NCBI GenBank assembly: GCA_973895155.1
Contig: OZ316898.1
Coordinates: forward strand, 13,109,659-13,173,658
Direction of reading: 5' to 3'
DNA length: 64,000 nucleotides
DNA from: Marsupella aquatica
Taxonomy: Eukaryota > Plantae > Marchantiophyta
Below, in pieces: positions 13,444 through 24,840 of the stretch; the stretch's first letter is position 1; the number at the start of each line of letters is the position of its first letter. Made by a program: the position numbers and the translations under genes. The notes beneath the pieces were generated by a model. That model did not search any database. It was given only the letters and a program-made list of their open reading frames with translations, and was not told where the DNA came from.

Positions 13444-14270
13444 CTGAAATTGATTTTGATACTTGATACCAAATGCCACGCTAGTGCTTTTGAAGGTAAA
13501 AAACATTTGTATGCAGTCATCAGTGGGTAATTAAAAGTTGTCAGCAATGACCATGTTGTTTATAGTGGATCATATCATATTCAGAACAGTGAAAGAGGAG
13601 CAAATATGATTGATTACAGTTGTATAATTCATAACCCTTGGGGCCGACTTAGAAATTTTCTACGAGTTCTTGAGCTATAAGGTTCATGACATGCTACTGC
13701 ACTATTAACACCCCTAATGCATTCTTTGGGGAATAGTTTTCCCAGTGCATTGTTCATTCGGGAAGGAGTCATTTGAGGTTGGTCCACATGTTGTCATCCA
13801 CGAGTGGCCAGGTCTGAAGCCACTGTGATTGGAGAGGATGTGTTGCCTGCTTACTGAACATCAGTCAGAGGATGCCATTGTCTTTGCCCACCCCTTTCAA
13901 TTCAATTAGATAAACAATGTTGGATTCCTGGAGACTACAAAGTCCATCATGTACTTGAACATTGCCTAGTTGTAAACAATGTGGTTTTGTTGCAAAGCAT
14001 CTTAGTATGTCTTACAATCTTTGCAGATTTTTCCTGCAACCTATGAGTTGATCAAGTCACCAGGAAGAAGCCATTCTTTTTTGAATCTCTCTAACCATGT
14101 TATCAGAGAAATTTACTTCTCAAATCACTTTCTCTACAAAGCATGCATGTTGCCACATCCTCATTTACCAATCAGGTAGTCTCTTGCCAAGTCTTGTTGA
14201 AATTTTCATCTTACAGGCATGAGTGACTGTCCCCACCAGATAAAGAAATGGCAATCAATACTCCTCGCTC

Positions 14271-14389
14271 CCAAGTGGCAAGATGGATCTTGTGTACCAA
14301 TCTCAACTCATCCATTTGTATTGCACAAAAGAGGAGTCCCAAGCGGCAAGATAGATCTTGTGTACCAATCTCAACTCATCCATTTGTAT
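14271..14389. repeat. Two-copy tandem duplication, 68-bp period
   Basis: ccaag(t/c)ggcaagat(g/a)gatcttgtgtaccaatctcaactcatccatttgtat at 14271 and 14339. Confidence 0.9.
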
Positions 14390-15504
14390 CACAGAAACTC
14401 CAAAGAGCACTGAGAATATTTTACAATTTAGTTTATAAACTACAATGACACTCCAGGCATGGCATTCTTTCCAAGCAATGTGGAGTGACGAGGCAGACTT
14501 CCATTGCAATACTATCACTTAGACTATCCGCATTTCTCCTCACTAGTGAAGACTCGTTAGTAAATATAGGCATCTTTTCAGGAAAATCAACAGGTACAGT
14601 GTTTGAGTTACAAAGTTCTGAAGCTATTTTCTTTTCTGAGAATTTGATTTCCTATTTTCTTTTTCGCTTATTTGATGCAAACTTAGGAGAGGAAAGCCAC
14701 AAAAGAGAGCCCTAGCTCAATTGTTTAAATTCCCTGGCACATGCATCTTGGGTGCTTGAGTTATGCTCCTCCACTGCCCACTTGGTTGGCAAGAAGAAAA
14801 TTAAAGAGAGAAAATCCAAATGTTCTTTCTGCTACAATTAAACTGTAGATTGAAGAATTCATTAGTTCTTGATATCTTCATGTCCAACTTCACTTAGGAA
14901 ACTGTTCACTGGCATCATAGTTTTCAGACAAGGGGCCCTCTTTCACCCGGCCAAGCCAGCCTAACATTACAAGTGCTTGTGACACATAACATATTAAACC
15001 TGTTTGAAACTATTTGGAGCAAAACTCATGTTCCATGTATTACCTATTGTCTGGTTTGGGTTCTATTCTTAGTTTGCTTACATGTTCAGCTAAAAATGTG
15101 CTATCATTTCTTTGATCTAATCACCCGATCATTGAGCATTTGCTGTGCACCCATTTCTCAAAGGTAGAAGAGCCAGTTGTTTTTGTGCACTCAAAACCCT
15201 GAAACAACAAAAGATTGAATAATGAGTTTCTTTATCAACTATGGAGTAGTAACCAGTTAACTCAGACATCCAGCATCAAGATAAATAAATAAATTAACAG
15301 TTACATTAGCTTTAAGAATGTTAATGTCTAGTTAATTAAATAAATAAACGTGCAGCTAAAACTAGCCGAGAGTCATGGAGCATGGAGGTTGGTCCACACA
15401 TTTCCAAACTTTGGCTCATTTAGTCAACAAACTTGCATATATAAAGTAACTTCAAAAGATCTTTAGTCTGGAGTCTATGTTTATAAACCTCCAATATGCT
15501 TTGG

Positions 15505-15970
15505 TGGAAGAAAGTCATAAGGGCCCCGGTTCTTGTAAAATCACTGTACATTTAATTTGGTGAAAGAAAGTCAAAAGTGCCCCCACTTCTTGTCAAACCA
15601 CCCTAAAGTTTACTATGGTAGAAAAACCTGTAATAAAACCCCCTTAAAAGTTTACTTTATACATAGTAATATTTTGGTAAAATGGCATTATGGACCTTAA
15701 GGCCTAGGAAAAAGGGCTGTAGCTTAAGTTCCCCTCGAAACTCTGAAGCTCTCTATTTTGGGACATTATGCCACACAATACCCTACAAACAGGATTTTAC
15801 TACTGAAAGCTAAAGGGGTTTTTCATCATTGCTACTTTTAGTTAAACGAGTATTCCGGCATTAACCTCCACTAAGCTCCAGAAATTGAAAAGAGAAAAAA
15901 TCAGGCAGAGCGTTAATTTAGAGTGAAAATTGTCAATAGTGCCCCCCGTTCTTGTAAAGCCACTCTACCC
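15505..15970. repeat. Three dispersed copies of a 40-bp motif, probably subterminal repeats of a DNA-transposon relic
   Basis: A motif of the form gtca..agtgcccc..ttcttgt.aa..cac recurs near 15510, 15565 and 15930 in AT-rich non-coding DNA. No termini were identified. Confidence 0.45.
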
Positions 15971-17014
15971 TAAGAATCCGTTAGCCCTAGAGTACGTACT
16001 ATCCTGTCGCTTGTTCCGTCCTTCCCTTTATCATTATTAGGAGAGCATTCGTTCTTTTCGCGCGAAACACAATTTTGTCCGGAAGACAGGCAGACCAGAA
16101 TTTCAAACAACAGCATAACTTGGAGGTAAATAATTACCGCTTTGCAGCGTGAGAGACAGCGCCGTCGAGGCCGTCCAGGCACCATGGTACACCACATAGG
16201 CACATAGAGCGTTTTCTAGTGCCTAAAATTAGCTACTCTAAGATAGGGCGTCTCAACTCTCAAATGAGCTGCCTCCTGGAGGTTTCTGTGACCCAAAGCC
16301 CAGCAAATCTATGATTCCCGCCATATGTGGCTTCACTAACTTGGGTGGTCAGTGTAACAGTGTCCGCACCCAAAAATAGGACCCTTCAGGAATCCTCAGT
16401 GCCCATTTAAAATCTGATGATGTTGAGTTGACCCTAGGGTGCTTGTTATGACCCATCTCATCTCATAGTGAAAACGCTTGGATTAAATTTGCCGCAAAAT
16501 TTACTTTTGGTTAGCTTTGCAGACAGAAATTTCATAGAGTGGCTTTCTGCCATAAGACAATTTTCTCACTTAACCATAGACCCCACTAACTAAATTCTAA
16601 CAGATATCATCTAGGTAGATCCAATGGTCATAATTTAATCTAAGAGAGGTACATAATAATATTCCTATCATCGTCATTTTAGTGACCAAAACTAGCCAGA
16701 TTCGTCTATGAAAAGTCCTTGCCACTTTTGACCAATTCCCCATTTCATTTTCTTCCACTAGCCAGTTTCACACCCAGCCACACTCGTTAGTTTTCTTCAG
16801 TTTCCTACCGAGTCTCAGGCCCCCTTAGCCAGAATCCAACGGTTGTCCTTAATCTACTGAGATCTGAACGGTCATCAATGAATCACATCATTGAAAATTA
16901 GGTGGCGAATTATTCCTAGCATCGGTGCCATTCTCCACCGAGAGGCGAAAACGGAAAAGCCCTTTATAAATTACGCTCCCACAGGCAATCGGCGGTCAAA
17001 GTCTGGCCGTTCCC

Positions 17015-17248
17015 GCCTTGACCGGTCAGAGAGCCCTGTGAACAACAGAGTTACAGAGGGGAGGGATTGCCGGATTGGGGATTTGGGAGGGGCACACGAA
17101 AGAGGAGCAGAGCACCGAGAGCCGAGAGGCCTTGACCGGTCAGAGAGCCCTGTGAACAACAGAGTTACAGAGGGGAGGGATTGCCGGATTGGGGATTTGG
17201 GAGGGGCGGGGCACACGAAAGAGGAGCAGAGCACCGAGAGCCGAGAGG
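17015..17248. repeat. Near-perfect two-copy tandem duplication, 114-bp period, upstream of SCC2
   Basis: gccttgaccggtcagagagccctgtgaacaacagagttacagaggggagggattgccggattggggatttgggaggggc... at 17015 and 17129. Confidence 0.95.
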
Positions 17249-18122
17249 GCCCCCGTCATCGCCTGAGGTGATGATGAGCCTTCTTCATCACGACTAGAAG
17301 AGACGCAGCAGAAGAAATGATTTCCCCTCTCCTCTTTGTACAGACCTCCCCTCCCAATCATCACGGCAATCGCATCGGCGAATCGAGTTTCCGCTCGAAT
17401 CAAGGTTCCACGCTCATCCCAGGTCCCATCTCTCCAAATCCCTGGCCAACTGAACTCGGCCAGCTGGTTTGGTTCTCTCGTTGTAGTTTTTTGGTGCGGG
17501 AGCTTTACTTTCGGTGTGAGCTCCCTCTCTCTCTCTCTCTCGTTCTGTCACTCGCTCTTTGGGAGCGCTCGTTTTGATTCTTCTATTGATTCGTTTGCAA
17601 CCACAATAATAGGAGGGTGATGCACTTTGTTGAAAGCTCCGCGCTGCAGTGCGAGCTCTGGTAATTGACTGCCCGAGTTCCAGTGGTTCGTTACCGGGTC
17701 GAAGCATTTTTGCCCGAGCTCCTGGAGAAATGCTAGCTCGATCGATCTACTCGTTCTCTGTCTCGGTTTCGTTGGCTAGTTCAATTAGGTTTAAGCATTT
17801 TGTCGGAACTCAGCACAGACATCTTAGCTTTATGAGCACTCTGTCTGTGCACGGGCTGTTCGAGCATTCGGTGATCGTTGAATTTGACCTACTAAAATTT
17901 CTGGAATGATGGCCCCTTGCAGTTCACTTGAATGTTCACTTGAATGTCTCTGCGGCAATCGGGCTCCCGGTTATCGTGGTCTCACTGGCAACTGACAAAA
18001 TTTAAGAATCCCGTCCGGTTTGTCCTCCTGTCCCGTGCGATTTGTCCGACGGACGGACGAACGGACGGACAACACTTTTGTAGGGAGACTTCGCTCGCTC
18101 TGGAACTAGGTCTCGAGGAGGA

Positions 18123-21100
18123 ATGACGGATGTCTGCACACAAAGGACTACCATGAATACTTACAGGCTCACGAATGTTACACACTCGGAAACCGCTCAG
18201 TGCTTGCCTTTGCCTGGACTCCCGGCTGCATTCGGAGCGAACAGCGCCGGTCTCTTTCTGACCAAAGAGGAAGGTGGTGGAGGAGGCTCTGCCACAAAAT
18301 TGCGTGTTAAAAACCACAATGACGGAGGCGCATTACTCGCTCAGGCTGCCACAATCGTCGACCTGCTCAGATCAACCGATGTTAGCTATCTGTCTCTGAG
18401 GGGGGACAAAGGAGGAAGAGTCGATGCAAATGCTGCCACTGGAATTACAGCAGCGAGAGAGCTACCAGGGAGTCTTTTGGCTGCCGTTCTGAAGTCTGAC
18501 CCTGATGCTTTTAGCTACGCACCGCCTGTAGCTCGTGAGAATAATCGGCGGAATGGACGAAATAATTCCAATGTTTCTCCTCAGGCTCAGGCTCAACCTC
18601 AGGCTCATGTCTTCCCGACACGAAGCACACGAGCTGGTTTGTCATCCAGTGGTGCTGATCAATCCCCCGCACAATTTGCTTATGAAGATCAAGCTGCTGC
18701 TGCTGCTGAGGACGATGATTTGGCGCCGGAAGCTCCAACTTCGAACCTCAAAACGCGAATGCACAGAAGGAGCACAGGAGGCAAAACAAAGCAACGTGGT
18801 GAGAAGGACTCTAACAAAAACCTTACAGGAGATGATAGTAGCGCCCTTCAAAGGAGCCTTTGTGAGCGTTTGGATGAAATATTTGAGAAAACAGACGTCC
18901 CTAGCGGTGGTGGTGACGGTGGTGGTGAGGCGGAGGACGGTGGGGAGGATTCCGGCGGATTATTGACTCTTTATGAGATCAAAATTGTGGCTGAAAGGGT
19001 TACCAATCTGCGTGCAAGGAACGCTCTCCATTTCCTGCCCGTACATTACCTCACGAAGCTTTTAACCTTACTGGATCGCCATGTTCAATCAGCGTCTGAG
19101 AAGAACATCGACAGCGATGACGAGTCCGATTCAGATAATTTCTCGGTCGTCATGGCTGCGCTTGAAGCTGTTCAAATATCCCTTTTGATTATGACCGAGG
19201 AATCCATGCCCAGGCAAGTATACAAGGAGGAGATAATTTCCCGAATCATTGATATCACTAGATATCATATCGTCCAAACGGTGTTCACTTCCTATGATCC
19301 TGCGTACCGGCAAATGCACAAGAAACAACAAGGGGATGATGATGGGAACGATGACGAGGACATGTTTGAAAATGGAGGGGGAGGTCGTTCTGCAAAGAAA
19401 AGTCGGGTTAGAGACAGGACTAGCAGCAAGGCATCGAGGAAGGCGATGCCCACAAGAATTTCGGGGTCAGTGTCGAATGTCCTTCACAAGCTTTGCAGCA
19501 TTCTCGGCCTCTTAAAGGATCTTCTTGGTGTGGAGCGGTTGATGGACAGCACCATATTGCAGCTGTCTCACTCTGTGCTTGCCACTCTTGCCGTGGACAA
19601 TATTCAGGTTTTGCAATTGAAGTCTATCGGAGTCGCCTGCATGGTCTTCGATTTGTACCCCCAACACCGGACAATTATATTTGATGAGATAATTTCCCTC
19701 CTTTGGAAGCTCCCGTCGTCGAAACGGAACCTCCGAACCTTTCCTCTTCAAGATGAGGAGCAATCCAATCATATCCAAGTGATCACTGCTATTGTTTTGC
19801 AGCTAGTACAATGCAGTGTGAGTCTTCCGAAGGTTGATGCCTTACCACCCGACACCAAGCCAGGAGAAGCTACGATTAATGAGAAGCCCCCAGTTACTCT
19901 CAAATGTTTCGAGCCTGCCATGGAGTCGAGTATGTATTTTTGGAAAATAGTCCTGCAACGCTGGGCTGCACCAAAAGCGCAAGATGGGGGGGACATAAAA
20001 GGCGTGGTGGAGAATCTGGTGGTTGATTTGTTGACAACTCTAAACCTGCCCGAATTTCCTGCCTCTTCTCTCATCCTCCAAGTGTTGTGTGTCCTCCTGT
20101 TTGGGCCGTTGGGCGTCAAGGCAAAAGATGCCGTGGTTAGGGGAGCTGCGATTGATCTGCTCGGTCAAATTGGAGCACGTTTGAAGCAGGACGCCGTTGC
20201 GTGCGCTAATGAGAAGCTGTGGATTCTGCAAGGCACAGGAGGAAAAGGGAATGATATCGGGAATGAAGACGCTGCACAGAAAAGGGCTTGTGTTGTGTGT
20301 AACAAATCCAAAAGCAGCAACCAAGTGATGTTCTCCTGTGACACTTGCCATAGATGGTTCCACGGAGATTGCATAGGTGTGACCGGACACGATCTATTAG
20401 GACGCCGGTGGCTGTGCCTCGTATGCTTGTGCAAACGCCAGCTCACTTCTCTTCGTTCCGAAGTAAGACCTCACATGGTTGGAGGCCCCTCTCTTCCCAA
20501 AAACAAAAAGGTTGAAGAAGTGGATAGCTCAAAGGAAGGAGGGGCCGTCGTCCAGCAGATTCTCCTCAATTATCTTCAAGAGGTTGCTGAAAGCGATGAC
20601 CTGGCAGGGTATGCCCACAGATTCTACTTGTGCCAGTGGTACCGAGACGAGCCTCAGAGCACAGAGAATTTACAATTTTGTCATCGCAGGGCTACAGCCA
20701 AGGCACCGGTCCAAGACTTCGGCATTGCGCATGCCCCGTTGGCGAGGAACACCATTGCCCGTATCGCAGGGTCGTTGGGCCAGCAGAGGCCTCTTGCTCG
20801 AGGGTACGATCGAATTCTCGAGAGATTGTTGGCCAGTCTGCAGGAAAATTCGCCAACTCCTCGGGCCAAGGCATTGAGAGCAGTCAGCGCTCTGGTGGAG
20901 GTCTATCCTGACATCCTAGGCGATGAGCGAGTGCAGAAAGCTGTGGAAGGGCGGTTCTTAGATTCGGCCATATCAGTGCGGGAAGCTGCTATGGAGCTAG
21001 TAGGCAGACACATTGTATCTCGTCCAGATTTCGCAGTGAAGTATTTCGAGAAGATTGCCGAGCGGATAATGGATACTGGAGTCAGTGTGCGGAAACGAGT

Positions 21101-23768
21101 GATCAAAATCATCCGTGATGTCTGTATGTCCAACGCGGGCTTCGCAAAGGGCACAGACGGGTGTTTACGAATCATTTCCAGGATAAACGACGAGGAATCT
21201 AGTATTCAGGATCTCGTCGGGAAAACGTTTTTTGAATTGTGGTTTGAGGAACCTTTGAGCGGCCATTGGCAGCAGTCTACACAGCATAGCGTGACAGATG
21301 GGAGCAGCGGGGTCCCGCAGGTTATTGCGGAGAGGACGCAGCAATTAGTCGACGTTTTGAGGGGCCTGCCCAACAATCAAGCAATGGTGACCATCATCAA
21401 GCGGAGTCTGGCCCTCGATTTCGTTCCGCATGCTGTGAAAAACTCGGCCACCAGTGCCGGCACAGCAGTCGCTGTTCGGCATCGATGTGAGCTAATGTGT
21501 AAGTGTTTACTCGAGAGCATTTTGAAGGCGGAGGAGAGCTCAACGGAAGACGCAGAGATTCGTGCTCTTCCCCACATTTTGGCCTTACATGCTTTCTGCA
21601 CAGTTGATGCAACTCTTTGTGCACCGGCGTCGGATCCATCTAAGTATGCTGTGACACTACAGCCATACCTTAAGACACAGGTCGACAACCGAGATGCAGC
21701 CCAATTGCTGCAGAGTATCGTCTATGTCATCAATACAGTTCTGCCGTTACTCCGCAGGCCGCCCGAAAGCTTTGTCGCCGAGCTGGAGCGAGACCTGAGA
21801 CAGCTGATCCTCCGCTACTCTTTTCTCACAGTTGTATATGCGTGTATCAAGTGCCTTTGTACTCTCAGCAAAGTGGCCACTAAGGGAGTTACCTCGTTCG
21901 AGCTTCTCGTCCGGCGGTTTTACAAGCTTCTTGATGGTTGGCGAAAAGAGGATTATGGACCCGCGGAAAAGTCGAATGTCTTGCGTATTTTATTTTGTCT
22001 GGGCGTCCTTGTGCGTTACGGATCCGAGTTCATAGAGTACATGGATGACGATGAGGTCAACCTCCCACAGATATTGGGTCTATACAAGCACTATTTTGCG
22101 TCTGAGGACTTTGACGTCAGGGTAAAGGCCATACAAGCCATCGGATATGTTGCCATTGCCAAGCCGCAGTTTCTTATGGAGAAGGAGATGGGCACCATCT
22201 TAGAGGCTTCTCTGTCCGCGAACGCAGACCATCGCATGAAGATGCAAATGTTACGTAACTTCAGTGACTACCTGCTGGATGTTGAAGAGAAGATGGGAAT
22301 AGGCGAAGTGGAAAATCATGATGTTGGCAACAAAGCTGTGCCTGTGGCAGCTGGAGCAGGGGATAGTAACATCTGCGGAGGAATTATTCAGTTGCATTGG
22401 GATCAAATTTTGGAGAGATGTCTCGATACCAATATCCATGTCCGTCATTCTTCCCTCAAGGTGGTGGAAGTCGTTCTCCGCCAAGGTCTTGTCCACCCTA
22501 TGAGCTGTGTACCTCAGCTGATAGCATTGGAAACCGACCTCTATGACGTAAACGCAAAGCTCGCCCATCGCTTGCTGGTGAACTTGATTGAAAAATATCC
22601 CTCATTCTTTGAGAGCCGTCTGGGTGATGGCCTTCAGCTTTCATTTTCATTTATGCAGTCCGGTGGGGTTGAGGCCTCGCTGAATTCGGCAAATCCAGCG
22701 AATGGACCTGTTCGTGCGAAGCAGAGTTTTGCAAAGATTGCAAAGACTGGAATCTCACGCATCTATAAATTGATACGTGGCAGCCGGGTTTCCAGAAACA
22801 AGTTTCTCTCATCAGTAGTTCGAAAATTTGACACGGCTGCTTCTGGAAATCCGTCATCGGTACCATTTCTAGTGTATTGTGCTGAGATTGTTTCCTCGCT
22901 ACCGTTTGGTTTGCCAGATGAACCTTTGTACATTGTTTACTCTATCAACCGCGTCGTGCAAGTCCGTGGAGGAGTATTGGAAGCAAGCATGAAGGCATCG
23001 ATCTCGGATGGATCCCTCGGAGTTGTTGCAAAGCAACTGTTAGGTGAAATGGCCGAGGAAAAGCAGCAAAAGGGGAAGGAGGCTTATGACATGAATGCAA
23101 CTGAAGATGTCATTCCGGAGGCTCCAGTAGAAAGGGTGGATGATACGGAAGGAATTCCCAAAGAAGCTTTAGAGAGGCTGCAGGTGGACTGTAGTGCTGC
23201 AATGGCTTTAGCTTTACTGCTACGCTTGAAACGCCACTTGAAAATTATGTACACTTTGAATGATGCGCGGTGTCAGGATTATTCACCGACTGAAACGATT
23301 AAACCCGGTGATATCATCTCAAGGCGAGAAACCACCAAAGAGTTCAGCACCGCAGAGTTGCCCGTCGACACAGCAACAACCGTTCGACATATGCTCGAGC
23401 AATATCAAGCTTTTAAGCGTTTGTTGAAGGAAGATGCGATGGATTATTCCACCTACACGGCAAACATCCCTACAAAGAAGCGAGGTCGTGCTGCTGCCGT
23501 CAACACTGTAGAAGCTGGGGAAGCAGGTCCAGCACAAGGTCACGCGCAAGCCTCCACCTCCACCCCAGTGACACGCACACTTAGGAAAAGGAACCAAACA
23601 GCTGGCATTGTAGATGGAGCAGATTCGGCTTCTGGAGATGATCACAGCGATGAGGAGTGGGATGACAGGGGGAAGAAGAGTTCAAAAGTAGGAGCGGCAG
23701 GAACACCTAATGCCAGGTCACAGCAGAAGAGGGGTAATAGTTCAAGGAAGAGTAGATATACAGATTGA
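18123..23768 (+). CDS. SCC2: Cohesin loader SCC2 / Nipped-B-like protein with plant-type PHD finger; single uninterrupted ORF of 1881 aa
   Basis: N-terminal LTNVTHSETAQCLPLPGLP motif. C4HC3 PHD finger CVVC...CDTCHRWFHGDC...WLCLVC. Cohesin HEAT region RAKALRAVS...DSAISVREAAMELVG...DTGVSVRKRVIK. Nipped-B C-terminal region VVLRQGLVHPMSCVPQLIALETD. Confidence 0.96.
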   Translation: MTDVCTQRTTMNTYRLTNVTHSETAQCLPLPGLPAAFGANSAGLFLTKEEGGGGGSATKLRVKNHNDGGALLAQAATIVDLLRSTDVSYLSLRGDKGGRVDANAATGITAARELPGSLLAAVLKSDPDAFSYAPPVARENNRRNGRNNSNVSPQAQAQPQAHVFPTRSTRAGLSSSGADQSPAQFAYEDQAAAAAEDDDLAPEAPTSNLKTRMHRRSTGGKTKQRGEKDSNKNLTGDDSSALQRSLCERLDEIFEKTDVPSGGGDGGGEAEDGGEDSGGLLTLYEIKIVAERVTNLRARNALHFLPVHYLTKLLTLLDRHVQSASEKNIDSDDESDSDNFSVVMAALEAVQISLLIMTEESMPRQVYKEEIISRIIDITRYHIVQTVFTSYDPAYRQMHKKQQGDDDGNDDEDMFENGGGGRSAKKSRVRDRTSSKASRKAMPTRISGSVSNVLHKLCSILGLLKDLLGVERLMDSTILQLSHSVLATLAVDNIQVLQLKSIGVACMVFDLYPQHRTIIFDEIISLLWKLPSSKRNLRTFPLQDEEQSNHIQVITAIVLQLVQCSVSLPKVDALPPDTKPGEATINEKPPVTLKCFEPAMESSMYFWKIVLQRWAAPKAQDGGDIKGVVENLVVDLLTTLNLPEFPASSLILQVLCVLLFGPLGVKAKDAVVRGAAIDLLGQIGARLKQDAVACANEKLWILQGTGGKGNDIGNEDAAQKRACVVCNKSKSSNQVMFSCDTCHRWFHGDCIGVTGHDLLGRRWLCLVCLCKRQLTSLRSEVRPHMVGGPSLPKNKKVEEVDSSKEGGAVVQQILLNYLQEVAESDDLAGYAHRFYLCQWYRDEPQSTENLQFCHRRATAKAPVQDFGIAHAPLARNTIARIAGSLGQQRPLARGYDRILERLLASLQENSPTPRAKALRAVSALVEVYPDILGDERVQKAVEGRFLDSAISVREAAMELVGRHIVSRPDFAVKYFEKIAERIMDTGVSVRKRVIKIIRDVCMSNAGFAKGTDGCLRIISRINDEESSIQDLVGKTFFELWFEEPLSGHWQQSTQHSVTDGSSGVPQVIAERTQQLVDVLRGLPNNQAMVTIIKRSLALDFVPHAVKNSATSAGTAVAVRHRCELMCKCLLESILKAEESSTEDAEIRALPHILALHAFCTVDATLCAPASDPSKYAVTLQPYLKTQVDNRDAAQLLQSIVYVINTVLPLLRRPPESFVAELERDLRQLILRYSFLTVVYACIKCLCTLSKVATKGVTSFELLVRRFYKLLDGWRKEDYGPAEKSNVLRILFCLGVLVRYGSEFIEYMDDDEVNLPQILGLYKHYFASEDFDVRVKAIQAIGYVAIAKPQFLMEKEMGTILEASLSANADHRMKMQMLRNFSDYLLDVEEKMGIGEVENHDVGNKAVPVAAGAGDSNICGGIIQLHWDQILERCLDTNIHVRHSSLKVVEVVLRQGLVHPMSCVPQLIALETDLYDVNAKLAHRLLVNLIEKYPSFFESRLGDGLQLSFSFMQSGGVEASLNSANPANGPVRAKQSFAKIAKTGISRIYKLIRGSRVSRNKFLSSVVRKFDTAASGNPSSVPFLVYCAEIVSSLPFGLPDEPLYIVYSINRVVQVRGGVLEASMKASISDGSLGVVAKQLLGEMAEEKQQKGKEAYDMNATEDVIPEAPVERVDDTEGIPKEALERLQVDCSAAMALALLLRLKRHLKIMYTLNDARCQDYSPTETIKPGDIISRRETTKEFSTAELPVDTATTVRHMLEQYQAFKRLLKEDAMDYSTYTANIPTKKRGRAAAVNTVEAGEAGPAQGHAQASTSTPVTRTLRKRNQTAGIVDGADSASGDDHSDEEWDDRGKKSSKVGAAGTPNARSQQKRGNSSRKSRYTD

Positions 23769-23776
23769 TGCATTTG

Positions 23777-24245
23777 TTCCCTCTGTAAAGTGAAGCTGGG
23801 AAGAATTTATGTCAGCCATGTCTGGCAATTTTGACTGATTGTACACTATAAGATAGTCATGCTGAATCTCTGGATGTGAGACAGCTAAACAGACTAGATA
23901 GAACGAAATGTCATAAAGAGAACTGCTAGTCTTCAACTGCAAGCTTGTAGATTCTCTTTCCATTTTCTGTAGCTCTCTGTGGATGTCCCACTGTAAGTAC
24001 TTTCGACGAGTTCCCTCTGTAAACTGAAGCTGGGAAGAATTTATGTCAGCCTTGCCTGGCAATTTTGACTGATTGTACAATAAAAAATAGTCATGCTGAT
24101 CTCTGGATGTGAGACAGCTGAGCAGGCTATATAGAAAGAAATGTCATAAAGAGACCGCTTTTCTTCAACTGCAAGCTTGTAGATTCTCTTTCCATTTTCT
24201 ACAGCTCTCTGTGGATGTCCCATTGTAAGGACTTTCGACTAGTTT
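23777..24245. repeat. Two-copy tandem duplication, 233-bp period, immediately 3' of the SCC2 stop
   Basis: gttccctctgtaaa.tgaagctgggaagaatttatgtcagcc...gtggatgtccca.tgtaag.actttcgac starts at 23777 and 24010. Confidence 0.95.
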
Positions 24246-24840
24246 CCCGTCTCTTTTATGTGTCCCTCACTTTGAAGGAGCACTACAGGAAGAATTGTTC
24301 AGAAGTTTTGGGAGTCAACTCGGTTTGTAAGTTTTGAACTCAATCTTAAGATCTGAGGAGTCGTTGGGGCAAATTATCATGTCCTAGGTGTGGATATGAT
24401 CCCAACGGACGGAGTTTGAAGTATGGCGAGTGTTCTCCAGCTCATGGACTTGAAATGAATACTGGAGTGTGATGGGGATAAGAAATGTGTCAATTTAGGA
24501 CTTAGTTTCGTTCCCCATTTATGAGTAGTCTTTGCAAATGAAGAACTTCCATTGGATAATGGGCTTCAGCTGCATGAAAGCTAACTTTTCATTGATTCAA
24601 AGTAGGTCACCATGTGCATTGAATTGACCGGACGGTGTTGCTGAATCACCAAAGTGGAGAGAACAATCACGGAGGAGCTCCCCGGAAAGATTGGTTGTGA
24701 TCCACTTCGATAAGGACAGTAACAGAGTCTGCAAAGACTGGCTGTTGCACTACATGCGTGGAAACTTTTCATCGTTCCTGTGAGGTGAAAGTCAGCGAAA
24801 CAGTGTGGGGCACTAGACATGTTTTGCACAGCCGAGAATT

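Noticed and set aside
16891-17909. Small protein genes upstream of SCC2
   Set aside because: The ORFs arise from the GC-rich 114-bp doublet and UTR-like sequence. Most start at non-ATG codons and none has known motifs.
18511-23645. Many short overlapping or antisense ORFs within SCC2, and likewise within the LINE, SARD4, LRR and PPO genes
   Set aside because: These are shadow frames of real coding sequence with no recognisable motifs.
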